Assembly: GCA_038087875.1 (NCBI GenBank)
Contig: CM075997.1
Coordinates: forward strand, 6,388,001 to 6,452,000
DNA: 64,000 bases
Direction of reading: 5' to 3'
Source: Malacoraja senta
Lineage: Eukaryota
Below the pieces are notes generated by a model. It was not told where the DNA came from. It worked only from the letters and a program-made list of their open reading frames with translations, and did no database searches. Every line of letters begins with the position of its first letter. The first letter of the stretch is position 1. Positions 1 to 12,964 of the stretch are shown here, piece after piece. Both the position numbers and the translations under genes were made by a program.

Positions 1-148
1 TTCTATACTGCAAAACTGTGGTCAAACTATAGAAAGACAAGTTTACAGAGACTAAAGGTGGCTGATAATTATGCCATGGGAACACTGCTAAGGAAACTGA
101 GATGGTGTAGTGCTAGTGAAATGTTTGTGGCTGCAAGAGTCAGTACTT
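1..148 (+). mobile_element. LINE ORF2 C-terminal remnant (L2/RTE-X-like), 5' part; continues at 6366-6711
   Basis: Translation LWSNYRKTSLQRLKVA..RWCSASEMFVAARVST continues as LEAILRNHMYKFICWINDSEN after the nested insertions. Confidence 0.6.
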
Positions 149-1066
149 TCAAGATTCAAGATTCAAGAGAGTTTATTGTCATGTGTCCCAGATGGGACAA
201 TGAAATTCTTGCTTTGCTTCAGCACAACAGAATTATATAAGGCATGAATACGGAACAGATCAGTGTGTCCATATACCATTGTATAAATATATACACATGA
301 ATAAATAAAACAGATAAAGTGCAAATAAACAGATAATGGGCTATTAATGTTCAGAGTTTTGTTTGAGTTGAGTTCAATAGCCTGATGGCTGTGGGGAAGA
401 AGCTGTTTCTGAACCTGGACGTTGCAGTCTTCAGGCTCCTGTACCTTCTACCTGAAGGTAGCGGGGAGATGAGTGTGTGGCCAAGATGGTGTGGGTCCTT
501 GATGATGCTGCCAGTTTTTTTGAGGCAGCGACTGCGATAGATCCCTTCGATGGTAGAGAGGTCAGAGCCGATGATGGACTGGGCAGTGTTTACGACTTTT
601 TGTAGTCTTTTCCGCTTCTGGGTGTTCAGGTTGCCGAACCAAGCCACGATGCAACCGGTCAGCATGCTCTCTACTGTGCACCTGTAGAAGTTAGAGAGAG
701 TCCTCCTTGACATACCGACTCTCCGTAATCTTCTCAGGAAGTAGAGGCGCTGATGTGCTTACTTTATGATTGCACCAGTGTTCTCGGACCAGGAGAGATC
801 CTCAGAAATGTGCATGTCCAGGAATTTGAAGTTCTTGACCATTTCTACCATCGACCCATTGATATAAACGGGACTGTGGGTCCCCATCCTACCTCTTCCA
901 AAGTCCACAATCAGTTCCTTAGTTTTGCTGGTGTTGATGGCCAGGTAATTATGCTGCACCATTTGGTCAGTCGGTCAATCTCTCTTCTATACTCTGACTC
1001 GTCCCCATCAGTGATACATCCCACAACAGTGGTATCATCAGCGAACTTGATGATGGAGTTCGCACT
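149..1066 (-). mobile_element. Rex1/Babar-type LINE, 3' part
   Basis: RT motif KFADDTTVVG and C-terminal SGRRYRSL..TSRFRNSFFP; (CTTGAAT)n tail after AATAAA at the low-coordinate end. Confidence 0.85.
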
Positions 1067-1071
1067 ATGAC

Positions 1072-1282
1072 TGTAGATCAGTGCATGTTTCTTTAACATA
1101 ATGACCTCACCACTACTAACCACTCCCCATTATCTTCAGTATAATTGTAACCTTCCCACCCCCAGCTCGCTCTCTAGCTCTGGTAATGGACCACGAACAG
1201 CTAGGGCAATATGTGTGTGTACGACTACAATGTATGCAATAAACTAAGAGTGAAGACATTACGTGTTTGACAAGTCTTTACA
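1072..1282 (+). repeat. 5' LTR
   Basis: Direct repeat of 5606-5816, about 6 differences counted by eye. Confidence 0.97.
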
Positions 1283-1374
1283 TGGTGTCACAAAGTTGAA
1301 CCCTGCGTCTCCTGTCTATCGGGTTTGTTTTGTTCTCTCCAAGTTTTTATTCACTTTCAAACCCTTTATGTACT

Positions 1375-4300
1375 ATGGCCAGCTCGTGTCGTAAGCCTGA
1401 TGTTCTGGTGTTTGACTCCGACATCGTTCACCGGTGGACTGTGTTCCGGCGCGACTTCCAGCTCTATGTCGCCATCGCTCATCCTAATGCTACCCCTGCG
1501 GTTACAGCACATCTGCTCCTCAACCTGGCTGGCCCGGAGGCCATGGAACATTTTGAATCTTTCGAGTACGCCGATGGTGAGAATGCAGAGGACCCGATAA
1601 GTCTAACGAATAAATTTGCCGCGCTGTGTGACATTCCCACCAATTGCATTATAGAGCGGTTTAAGTTTTTCAGCAGGCGCCAGAAACCCGGGGTGCACAT
1701 CGACACCTTCATTGCATCGTTGCGTCACCTGGCTCGGTGTTGCCGCCTGGACGCGTTGACCCCTGACCAAATGGTCAGAGATGTCCTAGTTCACGGTCTA
1801 CAGGACGTGAAGCTACGGGCAGAGCTTTTGAGGAAGCCAGACCTCACTTTAATAGAGGCTTTGCATGCCTCTCGCATGGCTGCTGCTGTCGACTCCGTAT
1901 CTCCCCCTGAGGCTCAGGACATTCACTATGCCGGTACTGCTGAACGCCCGCGGCACGATGGCCCGCCACGCCAGCGTAGCACTCCCGCGCCCGCGAGGGA
2001 CAACCCTCGTCGATGCCTAAACTGCAACTTCGTCAGTCATCAATTTAATGTTTGCCCTGCGCTGGGAAAGACTTGTAATTTCTGGAAGAAGCTTAATCAC
2101 TTCTCCGCAGTGTGCTGTTCCAGGGGCCAGCCTGTCCCTGCTCCGAGAAGGAGTCTACACAACCTGACTGTGACTGATAGTGTTTATGGCTCCGAATACC
2201 TTTCAGACGAACTCCCTGATTCTGATACCAGTTCCTCCCATGATGAATCGCTTGTTTTTTTTGTCTTGGGTGCACATGCTTTGATAGCTGATCCATCAGT
2301 TCGAGTTACTGTGAATGGAAAGACCTTTCCTGCGAAGGTCGACACAGGGGCGTTTGCAAATGTTATGTCGTTAAGCCTCTTTCAGCAGATAAGATCTGGC
2401 GAGAAGGTTACTGCTGACGACTCCCATCTCCACGCATATGGGGGGAGTGTGCGAGTTCCAGTCGGTAAGGCAACCCTTATCTGCACAGTTCTGAAGGCCT
2501 CTCGGCCCCTCTCTTTCCTCCTGCTGGAATCTGAGAATGTTACTCTGTTGGGCGCCAGTGCGTGCCAGGACCTCGGTTTGGTTTCCTTCCACCGCGATAT
2601 CCACCTGGTGCAGACCCCCATGGATCCCATGTGCGAGTACCCCGACCGTTTTGACGATGTATTGGGCAAACTACCCTGCAAGTACGAAATCGAGGTGGAC
2701 CCGGAAGTCCATCCGGTAGTCTGCCCGGCTCACCGCGTCTCCTTTGCTATGAAGGACAGGGTGGAGTCGACTCTGCGCCAGATGGTGGCCGTGGGCATCA
2801 TCAAGGAGGTGAGTGATCCCACCCGGTGGGTCTCCACCATGGTCGTTGCTTCCAAGAAGGACAAGAGTGAGATTCGGATCTGTATAAACCCCAAGGACCT
2901 AAACCTTGCCATCAAACGCCCGCACTACCCCATGCGAACGGTGGAGGATGTCGCTGCACAGGTTGGCCCAGCCACTGTATTCTCTGTCCTCGATGCCAAG
3001 AGCTCTTTCTGGCAGATTCCGCTGGATGAACGTTCATCCTTCCTGACCACGTTCGGTACACCTTTCGGCAGGTTCCGTTTCCTCCGCATGCCTTTCGGGA
3101 TCAATTCTGCCAGCGAGGTTTTCCAGCGCACCATGGAGCAGCTATTTACCCATCTGCCGTGTGCTATCATCGTCGATGACATCTTAGTGTACGGGAGAGA
3201 CGTCGCTGAGCACGACCTCCACCTCCGCCAAGTCCTGGATCGGGCTCGTGAGATCAACCTCAAACTGAACCCGAAGAAGTGCCGCTTCCGCGTCCCGTAG
3301 GTCACCTACGTGGGCCACGTTTTTACGGCTGAGGGTCTGTAACCAGACCCACAGAAGACAGCTGCGGTCTCGGGGATGCCAGCTCCGGTCAACGTGCCCA
3401 GCCTGCAGCGCTTCTTGGGCATGGTGAACTACCTGGGGAAATTAATTCCCAACCTCAGCGAGCTGAGTGCGCCCCTGAGGGAACTGACCAAGATGGACAC
3501 TGCCTGGGTTTGGTACCCGCTGCATCAGGCAGCCTTCGATGATCTAAAGTCCCGGCTGGTTCGCACCCCCACTCTAAAGTTCTTAGACTTAAAGCGCCCC
3601 ATTGTCCTTACCTGCAATGCCTCAAGTTTCGGTCTCGGTGCCGCCTGCCTGCAAATCTACGACCGCCTGCAACTACCTGTCTCCTACGCCTCCCGCACTA
3701 TGACTCCTACCGAACAACGCTACGCCCAGATCGAGAAGGAGCTCCTTGCCGTGGTGTTTGCCTGCTCGAAGTTCACGGACTACATTCTGGGTAACACTTT
3801 CACTATTGAAACCGACCACCAGCCGCTGGTCACGATCTTGAACAAACCGATCCACGTGGCTTCTTCCCGTTTGCAGCGTATGATGCTGCAGCTCCAACGC
3901 TTCACGTTTCAAATCGTGTACCGAAAGGGCAAGGACATGTTTGTGGCCGACACGCTGTCCCGCGCACCGCTGGCGTCTACTGCCCGCCACCCGTACGAAT
4001 CATCCGACCTGATGGTACTAAACGTTAACTTTGTGCCTTCCCAGCAGATGCAGTCCCTGATTCACCACACTGCCAATGATCCTGCCCTGCAACAGCTTGT
4101 AGACGTCATCCGTCGTGGCTGGCCTGACCGTCGCTCATCCTTGCCGGCTGGTGCTGCGCCCTACTTCCTAGTCCGGGATGAACTTGTGCTGCATGACGGC
4201 GTGGTGGTGAAGGGCCACACGGTCGTGGTGCCTGCTGCACTGCGGGACCACTATTTCCAAACTGCCCACAGCGGCCATCCCGGATCCGATGCCACCCTGT

Positions 4301-5420
4301 CCCAGGCCCAGAGCCAATTTTATTGGCCCGGCATGGCACAGGACATCCAGGATAGGGTCTCTGCCTGCTCAACCTGCAATACCCTCTCTCCCCACCAGCA
4401 ACGCCAGCCACTCCTGCAACAGCCTGCCCCCGCCCTGGCGTGGATGGCGGTCGCTACGGACATATTCGAGTGGCGTGGCAAACATTTCCTGGTCCTTGTC
4501 GACTCCTACTCCAGCTGGTTCGAGGTGGAGCGTCTGCACTCCCTCACTTCTGCTGCTGTCATCGGGAAGCTGAAACGCAACTTTGGGACCTTTGGCATTC
4601 CTGTGACTGTGCAGTCTGACAACGGGGGCCAGTTCTCGAGTGCTGAGTTCCGCGCCTTCGCTGCCGCCTATAACTTTCGCCACATCACCAGCAGCCCTGA
4701 ATACCCGCAGAGCAACGGCCTTGCTGAGCGCGCCGTCCGCAGTGCCAAGGAGCTGTTGGAGCAGTGCAGACTATCGCATTCGGATTTTTATCTGGCACTA
4801 CTGAATCTCCGAAATATTTGTCGCGACCATGCCATGGGCTCGCCTGCTCAGCGGCTCATGTCCCGCACCACACGCCCTCCGATCCCTGTCTCCCAGCGAT
4901 CCCTACAGCCCGCAGCCCTGCTGCTGTCCAGGAGCGCATTGCCCAGAAACAGGCTGTCCAGAAGCGCTCCCACGACAAATCTTGCCGTCCCCTACAGCCC
5001 CTCTTCAAGGGCCAGGTCGTCCGGATGCAGTCCCCCTCCGGACACCACCGACTGGCTGTTGTCATCGACTTTGCAGACTCTCCGCGCTCTTACCTAGTTG
5101 ACTACGAGGGCACCATCTACCGCCGGTCCCGCCAGTATTTGCTGCCGGTTAACGAGCCCGCTCCGCCTCCCGCAGCCCCTTTTGCTCCCCCGGTTGCCAC
5201 CTCTTTGCCTACCGCTCCTCCCATGCCCAGGACTCTCCCCTCTCAACCCTTGGTGCCCCGTTCTCCCACTGCTCCTCCTGGCGCCCCCCATCATACCTCT
5301 CCCGCTCGCGTGCCCGTTGCGGTGCCCGTTTCTCCTCCTCGGTCTCCTCGTCCTCCCTCTCCTGCTCATTCTCCTGTCAGGTCCCCTATCACCCCTCCTG
5401 CTCCTGTACCTGCTCTTCCT
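1375..5420 (+). pseudogene. Gypsy gag-pol with stops and a frameshift
   Basis: CCHC knuckles, protease VDTGA, RT IVDD, RNase H, integrase HHCC and SDNG..NGLAERAV; stops at 3298 and 3340, frameshift near 4915, Pro-rich tail. Confidence 0.93.
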
Positions 5421-5605
5421 TTGGAGGGGGGGAAGGCGGGCTGCGTACCCGCTCCGGGCGTCTGGTCAAGCCGCCTGAGCGTTACGGGGAGTTTGCTTGA
5501 ATGTTTCAAGTTTTTTCCTGACGATGTACGCGCGGGTTTGTGTCTAGCATATGAGTCGTGGTCTCACTGTCATCATTGTAATGTTTCCCTTTCCAAGGGG
5601 AAGGA

Positions 5606-5816
5606 TGTAAATCAGTGCATGTTCCTTTAACATAATGACCTCACCACTACTAACCACTCCCCATTATCTTCAGTATAATTGTAACCTTCCCACCCCCAGC
5701 TCGCTCTGTAGCTCCAGTAACGGACCACGAACAGCTAGGGCAATATGTGTGTGTACGACTACAATGTATGCAATAAACTAAGAGTGAAGACATTACGTGT
5801 TTGACAAGTCTTTACA
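5606..5816 (+). repeat. 3' LTR
   Basis: Direct repeat of 1072-1282, preceded by polypurine tract. Confidence 0.97.
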
Positions 5817-5821
5817 ATGAC

Positions 5822-6360
5822 CAGCTATGCAGTCATGAGTATGGAGTGAGTACAGCAGGGGGCTGAGCCCGCAGCCTTGAGGTGCTCCCGTGCTGATTGT
5901 TATCGAGGCTGACACCTTTCCACCAATTCGAACAGTCTGTGGTCTGTGAATGAGGAAGTCGAGGATCCAATTGCAGAGAGATGCGCAGAGACCCAGTTCT
6001 GCGAGTTTGGTAACCAGCTTGGAGGGGATGATTGTATTAAATGCCGAGCTGTAATCAATGAATAACAGCCTGACATATGAGTTTTTGTTGTCCAAGTGGT
6101 CCAGAGCGGAGTGGAGAGCCAGCGAGATCGCATCCACCTGTTGTGGCGGTAAGCGAACTGCAGTGGGTCCAGTTTTGGTCGAGGTAGGAGTTGATTTGCG
6201 CCATGATCAACCTCTCAAAACACTTCATCACCACCGACGTTAGTGCCACTGGTCGATAGTGGTTGAGGCACGTCTCCTTGCTCTTCTTGGGCACCGATAT
6301 TATTGATGCCCTTTTAAAGCAGGTGGGAACCTCAGACCTCAGAAGTGAGAGGTTGAAAAT
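5822..6360 (-). mobile_element. Rex1/Babar-type LINE, 5' part (5'-truncated)
   Basis: [37 protein letters not shown] motifs; rejoins the 149-1066 piece across the Gypsy TSD. Confidence 0.88.
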
Positions 6361-6365
6361 GCCTT

Positions 6366-6711
6366 AGAAGCTATCCTAAGAAATCATATGTATAAATTTA
6401 TTTGCTGGATTAATGACTCTGAAAATGTAATTATCTTGGTCTTATCAAACATAAGGTTTAGCACTACACGCTACCAATCTCAGTTTTGGGAGACATTGGT
6501 ATAGTTGTCTCAGTGTAGGACACTGATCTTCCGATTTATTCTGGATTTTAAATCATGTATTGTGTTTTTTGTATATAATTTATGATGCTCTTGTAAGTAA
6601 TTTACTAAGCTTTTATATGCATGGTGTTTTTATATGCAATGTATTTTATGTAATGTTGTCTCTTGTATGGAGCTTGAGTGAAATAAAGTTTAATAATAAT
6701 AATAATAATAA
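6366..6711 (+). mobile_element. 3' end of the LINE begun at 1-148
   Basis: ORF continuation, then AATAAA and (TAA)n tail. Confidence 0.6.
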
Positions 6712-6915
6712 TCTCCACCTTAAAAATACCCAGTGACTAAGCCTCCACAGCCTTCTGTGGCAATGAATTCCAGATTCACCACCCTCTAACTAAATTCCTT
6801 CTCATTTCCTATCTAAAAGGTACATCCTTTTATTCTGAGGCTATGGCCTCCAGTCCTAGACTCTCCCATTAGTGAAACCATCCTCTCCACATTCACTCCA
6901 TCTAGACCTTTCAGC
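6712..6915 (-). mobile_element. CR1 LINE 3' fragment
   Basis: GESRTGGHSLRIKG motif shared with other CR1 copies in the window. Confidence 0.75.
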
Positions 6916-7251
6916 CAGTCCTGTTCATTGATAGAGACTGAATAATATTCAGAATTGTAATAAAATATTTCCTTCGATTCCCAGTTATTCTGATAGTGAC
7001 AAGAGGGTTTCCTCGTTCCGTGCGCGGAAGTCAGTGGAAATGTCTGGATGAAAAACAAGCAGAAACCAAGGCTCAGTACAGTCAGGAAAACCCACATGGT
7101 CTCCAGGGTTGACTTTCAGGAAAAGTGCTTGATATTACAATTTTGGCCAATTTGGCTCAGGCCAAATGCTCCCCTGTTCTGGGGCAGATGCTCAGATGCA
7201 GAACAAATATTGCTTTCTAAAATACTGTGAAATTGGCAGGCAATATGAAAT

Positions 7252-7392
7252 CGAAGATAAACACAAAAAGCTGGAGTAACTCAACACGTCAGATACAATC
7301 TCTGAAGAAAAGGAATAGGTGATGTTTCGGGTCGACTCTTCTTCAGACATCTATCTTTGGTGTAAACCAGCATCTGCAGTTCCTTCCTACAC
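7252..7392. mobile_element. Penelope-derived tail fragment with degenerate hammerhead motif
   Basis: Similar to the tails at 53497-53820 and 58087-58180. Confidence 0.65.
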
Positions 7393-7719
7393 TATATGAA
7401 ATTGAACCTGTAACCAATTACACTGCCTGTCACAAATCCCTGTGGTCAGTGTGGAAACAGGCACCTCGGCCCAACTTGTCCACGACCATCTACACTAGTC
7501 CCACCTGCCTGCGTTTGGCCTATATCCCTCTAAATCTATCCTATCCATGTACCTGTACCATCCATATACTTAAATGTTTCTTAAAATTTGCGATGGCATC
7601 TGTATTGTAAATCACATGTCACACATGATACTCGCTTTCATTAAGAACAACAAACGCCTTTATTACATTATCCCCGCGCTCACCCGTCGCTGACCAGCCC
7701 TTCCACAGACAATGTGAGT

Positions 7720-7735
7720 GGCTCTGAAAAGAGCC
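7720..7735 (-). terminator. Histone mRNA 3' stem-loop (H2A unit 1)
   Basis: GGCTCTTTTCAGAGCC followed by a purine-rich HDE (GAAGGGCTG). Confidence 0.97.
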
Positions 7736-7764
7736 TTTTGGTCACTGGGTTCAGATTCTCTCGT

Positions 7765-8400
<636 letters not shown>

Positions 8401-8403
8401 AAT

Positions 8404-9289
8404 AGGGAGGTTGCACGTAAGGTCACTGGGTCATAGGGCTTGACGCACGGAGCCGCTCAATCCATCTGGAGGACATCCGTCACTTCCGGTATATGTTATT
8501 AATGCTAGAAACGCGTACTTTCCTACCTGTTAAAAACCGCCAAAATGTTGATTTTTTTTCGCTGTACAAAATTGTGGAAGTCGGGGTAAGTGTGAGAGAC
8601 ATGTACCCAACTTCAGAATTCCAAAAGTGAAGTGAAGGTAAAGAGACGCGAGAGCTGAAGGCACAACAGCAGCTAAAGTGCTTGGCGAACATTGGCCGAG
8701 CAGATATCGGAATTGAAAATATTGGGAATTATCGCGTTTGCTCTCTGCATTTCATCAACAGTAAGGCATTATTTGGTTTTTTTCTTGATTGCTTTGATAT
8801 CTAAAAAGTTTCAGAAGTGATAAATCTGGTTGTAAATTTTGCTTCAGAGGCGTTTTCTCTTTGTATGTAACGTGAGACTTGAGAACCATGGGCGATTTTA
8901 AAATTTTACAGCCAGATTTATCCCTTCTGAAACTTTTTAGATGCCAAAGGAATCAAGAAAAAACACAAATAATGCCTTAGTTGATGAAATGCAGTGAGCA
9001 AACGACCAATGTTCGACAATGTTGTTGTCCCTTCAGCTCTCGCTTCTATCTACCGTCATTTCTGCTCACTTTTTGAATTCTGAAGTAGGCTAAATGTCTC
9101 TCACGCTTATCCCGATTTCCATAATTATTTACAGCGCAAAAATGGACAATTTCGGCGGGTTTTAACGGGCCCGCTACGCTGGAAATAATGGTAAGTACTT
9201 ACCTGCAGTTCATCGCGTGTAATCCACTTGGCGTAGCGTAGCAACAGTACGGATCATGGGTCGTGACCCGACTGCCGTGAAACCTCCCT
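8404..9289. mobile_element. Palindromic non-autonomous DNA transposon (ISL2EU/Harbinger-like) with THAP remnants
   Basis: TIR AGGGAGGTT..AACCTCCCT, AT on both sides, long internal inverted arms, RVCSLHF motif. Confidence 0.85.
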
Positions 9290-9486
9290 ATAATCTAAAG
9301 ACGGATCCACTACAAATCAATGTATGACTCCCCGAATCCCGTCTCTAGATCCCGACCCAAGTGGAAAACGTCCACTGTATGAATTAATTCCACGAGATAT
9401 CGGGGAATTAATACTTTACTTTTTGCAACTGATAGCTAAATAACTGAATAAACTCGATTTACGGAATATATTAGAGGACGATCTTT

Positions 9487-11743
9487 AACCATATAACCAT
9501 AACAGCACGGAAACAGGCCATCTCGGCCCTTCAAGTCCGTGCCGAACATTTTTTTAAATTTTTTTTTTTAATTAAAAATAAATACTTCCCCCTAGTCCCA
9601 TCTACCTGCACTCAGACCATAACCCTCCATTCCTTTCCCGTCCATATACCCATCCAATCTATTTTTAAAGGATAACATCGAACCTGCCTCCACCACTTCC
9701 ACTGGAAGCTCATTCCACACAGCTACCCCACTCTCTGAGTAAAGAAGTTCCCCCTAATGTTACCCCTAAACCTCTGTCCCATAATTCTCAAGTCATGTCC
9801 CCTTGTTTGAATCTTCCCTACTCTCAATGGGAAAAGCTTATCCACGTCCACTCTGTCTAACCCGCTCATAATTTTAAAGACCTCTATCAAGTCCCCTCTT
9901 AACCTTCTGCGCTCCAAAGAATAAAGACCTAACTTGTTCAACCTTTCTCTGTAACTTAGTTGCTGAAACCCAGGCAACATTCCAGTAAATCTCTGTACTC
10001 TCTATTTTGTTGACATCCTTCCTATAATTAGGCGACCAAAATTGTACTCCATACTCCAGAATTGGCCTCACCAATGCCTTGTACAATTTTAACATTACAT
10101 CCCAACTTCTATATTCAATGCTCTGATTTATAAAGGCCAGCACACCAAAAGCTTTCTTTACCACCCTATCTACATGAGATTCCACCTTCAGGGAACTATG
10201 CACAGTTATTCCTAGATCCCTCTGTTCAACTGCATTCCTCAATTCGCTACCATTTACCGTGTACGTCCTATTTTGATTTGTCCTGCCGAGATGTAGCACC
10301 TCACATTTGTCAGCATTAAACTCCATCTGCCATCTTTCAGCCCACTCTTCCAAATGGCCTAAATCTCTCTGTAGACTTTGAAAATCTACTTCATTATCCA
10401 CAACACCACCTATCTTAGTATCATCTGCATACTTACTAATCCAATTTTCCACACCATCATCCAGATCATTGATGTACATGACAAACAACAGTGGACCCAA
10501 CACAGACCCCTGAGGCACCCCACTAGTCACCGGCCTCCAACCTGACAAACAGCCATCCACCATTACTCTCTGGCATCTCCCATTCAGCCACTGTTGAATC
10601 CATCTTGCTACTCCACCATTAATACCCAACAGTTGAATCTTCTTAACCAACCTTCCATGAGGAACCTTGTCAAAGGCCTTACTGAAGTCCATATAGACAA
10701 CATCCACTGCTTTACCCTCATCAATTACCCTAGTAACCTCTTCGAAAAATTCAAGAAGATTGGTCAAGCATGACCTTCCAGGCACAAATCCATGTTGACT
10801 GTTCCTAATCAGACCCTGCTTATCCAGATGCTTATATATATTATCTTTAAGTATCCTTTCCATTAATTTGCCCACCACTGACGTCAAACTAACAGGTCTA
10901 TAATTGCTAGGTTTACTCTTCGAACCCTTTTTAAACAACGGAACAACATGCGCAGTACGCCAATCCTCCGGCACTATTCCCGTTTCTAATGACATTTGAA
11001 ATATTTCTGTCATAGCCCCTGCTATTTCTACACTAACTTCCCTCAATGTCCTAGGGAATATCCTGTCAGGACCTGGAGACTTATCCGTTTTCATATTTTT
11101 CAAAAGTGTCCGCACCTCCTCTTCTTTGAATCTCACAGTTTCCATTGCTACTCTGCTTGTTTCCCTTACCTCACATAATTCCATATCCTTCTCCTTCGTG
11201 AATACCGAAGAAAAGAAATTGTTCAATATCTCCCCCATCTCTTTTGGCTCTGCAGATAGCTGTCCACTCTGACTCTCTAATGGACCAATTTTATTCCTTG
11301 TTATCCTTTTGCTATTAATATAGCTGTAGAAACCCTTTGGATTTACTTTCACCTTACTTGCCAAAGCAACCTCATATCTTCTTTTAGCTTTTCTAATTTC
11401 TTTCTTAATATTCTTTTTACATTCTTTATACTCCTCAAGCACCTCATTTACTCCATGCTGCCTATAATGATTGTAGATCTCTCTCTTTTTCCGAACCAAG
11501 TGCCCAATTTCCCTTGAAAACCATGGCACTTTCCATTTTTTACTATTTCCTTTCAACCGAACAGGGACATAAAGATTCTGTACTCTTAAAATTTCACCCT
11601 TAAATGTCGTCCATTTTTCTTCTACATCCTTCCCATAAAACAACATGTCCCAATTCACTCCTTTTAAATCCTTTCGCATCTCCTCAAAGTTAGCCTTTCT
11701 CCAAACAAAAATCTCAACCCTAGGTCCAGTTCTGACCCTCTCC
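9487..11743 (-). mobile_element. CR1 LINE, 5'-truncated, young
   Basis: About 620 aa of open RT ORF (YADD, GVPQGS), (GGTTATAT)n tail, ATCTTT TSD at 9481-9486 and 11744-11749. Confidence 0.95.
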
Positions 11744-11923
11744 ATCTTTGTGTTCATTATATGAATGCGTCGCACTTCACAACTTACATAAAATAGGGTT
11801 TTGGGCACGAGATTCGATATACTAAAACATATTCTTCGAGTCAGGAATGTAGAGCGAGACAGGGATTATACCGGAAATTCGTTCTGTTAACTTTAATCAA
11901 CATAAACTTAATGATAATTGTTG

Positions 11924-12015
11924 GTAGACATAAGTGCTGGAGAAACTCAGCGGGTGCAGCAGCAGCTATGGAGCGAAGGAAATAGGCAACGTTTCGGGCC
12001 GAAACCCTTCTTCAG
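11924..12015 (-). mobile_element. ~90-bp Penelope-tail mini-element with intact hammerhead core
   Basis: AATTGTTG TSD; CTGAAGA-A-GGGT-TTCG-GCCC-GAAA-CGTT at 11988-12015. Confidence 0.8.
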
Positions 12016-12096
12016 AATTGTTGCCTGATTGTAGGCAAACATTTATAATAATGCGGGTCCAAATACGAGCACAACTCTTTCAATGATAATGTGAGT

Positions 12097-12112
12097 GGCT
12101 CTTAAAAGAGCC
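12097..12112 (-). terminator. Histone mRNA 3' stem-loop (H2B unit 1)
   Basis: GGCTCTTTTAAGAGCC with HDE AAAGAGTTG. Confidence 0.97.
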
Positions 12113-12139
12113 TTTGGGTTTACGGTGTTTTGTGTATCT

Positions 12140-12544
12140 TTACTTGGAGCTGGTGTACTTGGTCACCGCCTTTGTCCCTTCCGACACGGCGTGCTTGGCC
12201 AGCTCCCCGGGCAGCAGCAGGCGCACGGCGGTCTGGATCTCCCGGGAGCTGATGGTCGAGCGCTTGTTGTAATGGGCCAGGCGGGAAGCCTCACCAGCGA
12301 TGCGCTCGAAAATATCGTTGACGAACGAGTTCATGATGCTCATGGCCTTGGACGAAATGCCGGTGTCGGGGTGAACCTGCTTCATCACTTTGTAGATGTA
12401 GATTGAATAGCTCTCTTTCCTCGACTTCCTGCGCTTCTTGCCGCTCTTGGGAACTATTTTGGAAGCGGCTTTCTTGGAGCCCTTCTTGGCTGCTGGTTTC
12501 GCTGCTGCTGGTTTCGCTGCTGCTGGTTTCACTACTTCAGGCAT
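12140..12544 (-). CDS. H2B: Histone H2B with extended (KPAAA)n N-terminal tail, 134 aa
   Basis: Canonical core [12 protein letters not shown]...AVTKYTSSK; stem-loop and promoter intact. Confidence 0.97.
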   Translation of the reverse strand: MPEVVKPAAAKPAAAKPAAKKGSKKAASKIVPKSGKKRRKSRKESYSIYIYKVMKQVHPDTGISSKAMSIMNSFVNDIFERIAGEASRLAHYNKRSTISSREIQTAVRLLLPGELAKHAVSEGTKAVTKYTSSK

Positions 12545-12594
12545 TTTAACCATCGACTTCAATCACGCAAATATGCCAAAGCGAGCTCGGGGCA

Positions 12595-12760
12595 CGGCTT
12601 AAATAGGCTGCCCCACCGCTCGATGCTAATGAGGGATGGGACACAGACACGATTGTTATTGGTCAGTTTCGACATGAATATGGAGCAAACTTCACTAACG
12701 TTTCCATTGGGTAATAGAAAGAGCCAATCGCAGACATCTACTGCCGCCAATCAGAGAGCG
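12595..12760 (-). promoter_or_regulatory. H2B promoter (TATA, octamer-like, CCAAT boxes)
   Basis: TATTTAA near 12600, ATTAGCAT at 12623-12630, four CCAAT/ATTGG. Confidence 0.8.
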
Positions 12761-12869
12761 CCAGTGTCTGGTAACACTGACACGGGAGGAAGGCGGGTCG
12801 GTAAAAACACAGAGCCTTGATCAATGTGATCATGGCTGGTCATCTACAATCAGTACCCCGTTCTCGAAG

Positions 12870-12954
12870 AAAATGTCGGATGAATTTTTCGCTCGGTTCA
12901 TGTATTGTATATATTTATTACCTGAATAAAGTCTATTTTAAAATTTAAAAAAAA
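12870..12954 (+). mobile_element. Short Tx1-type 3' end insertion
   Basis: Matches 15691-15773; A-rich tail; GTTCTCGAAG TSD at 12860-12869 and 12955-12964. Confidence 0.8.
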
Positions 12955-12964
12955 GTTCTCGAAG

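Larger units (their letters stand above)
1072..5816 (+). mobile_element. Full-length Gypsy/Ty3 (Mag/K02A2.6-like) LTR retrotransposon
   Basis: 211-bp TG..CA LTRs, ATGAC TSD (1067-1071, 5817-5821), PBS TGGTGTCA at 1283, PPT AAGGGGAAGGA at 5595-5605, PR-RT-RH-IN order. Confidence 0.97.

Noticed and set aside
12095..12406. Antisense ORFs over H2B genes (also 36929-37234 and 49717-49932)
   Set aside because: Shadow ORFs of GC-rich histone codons
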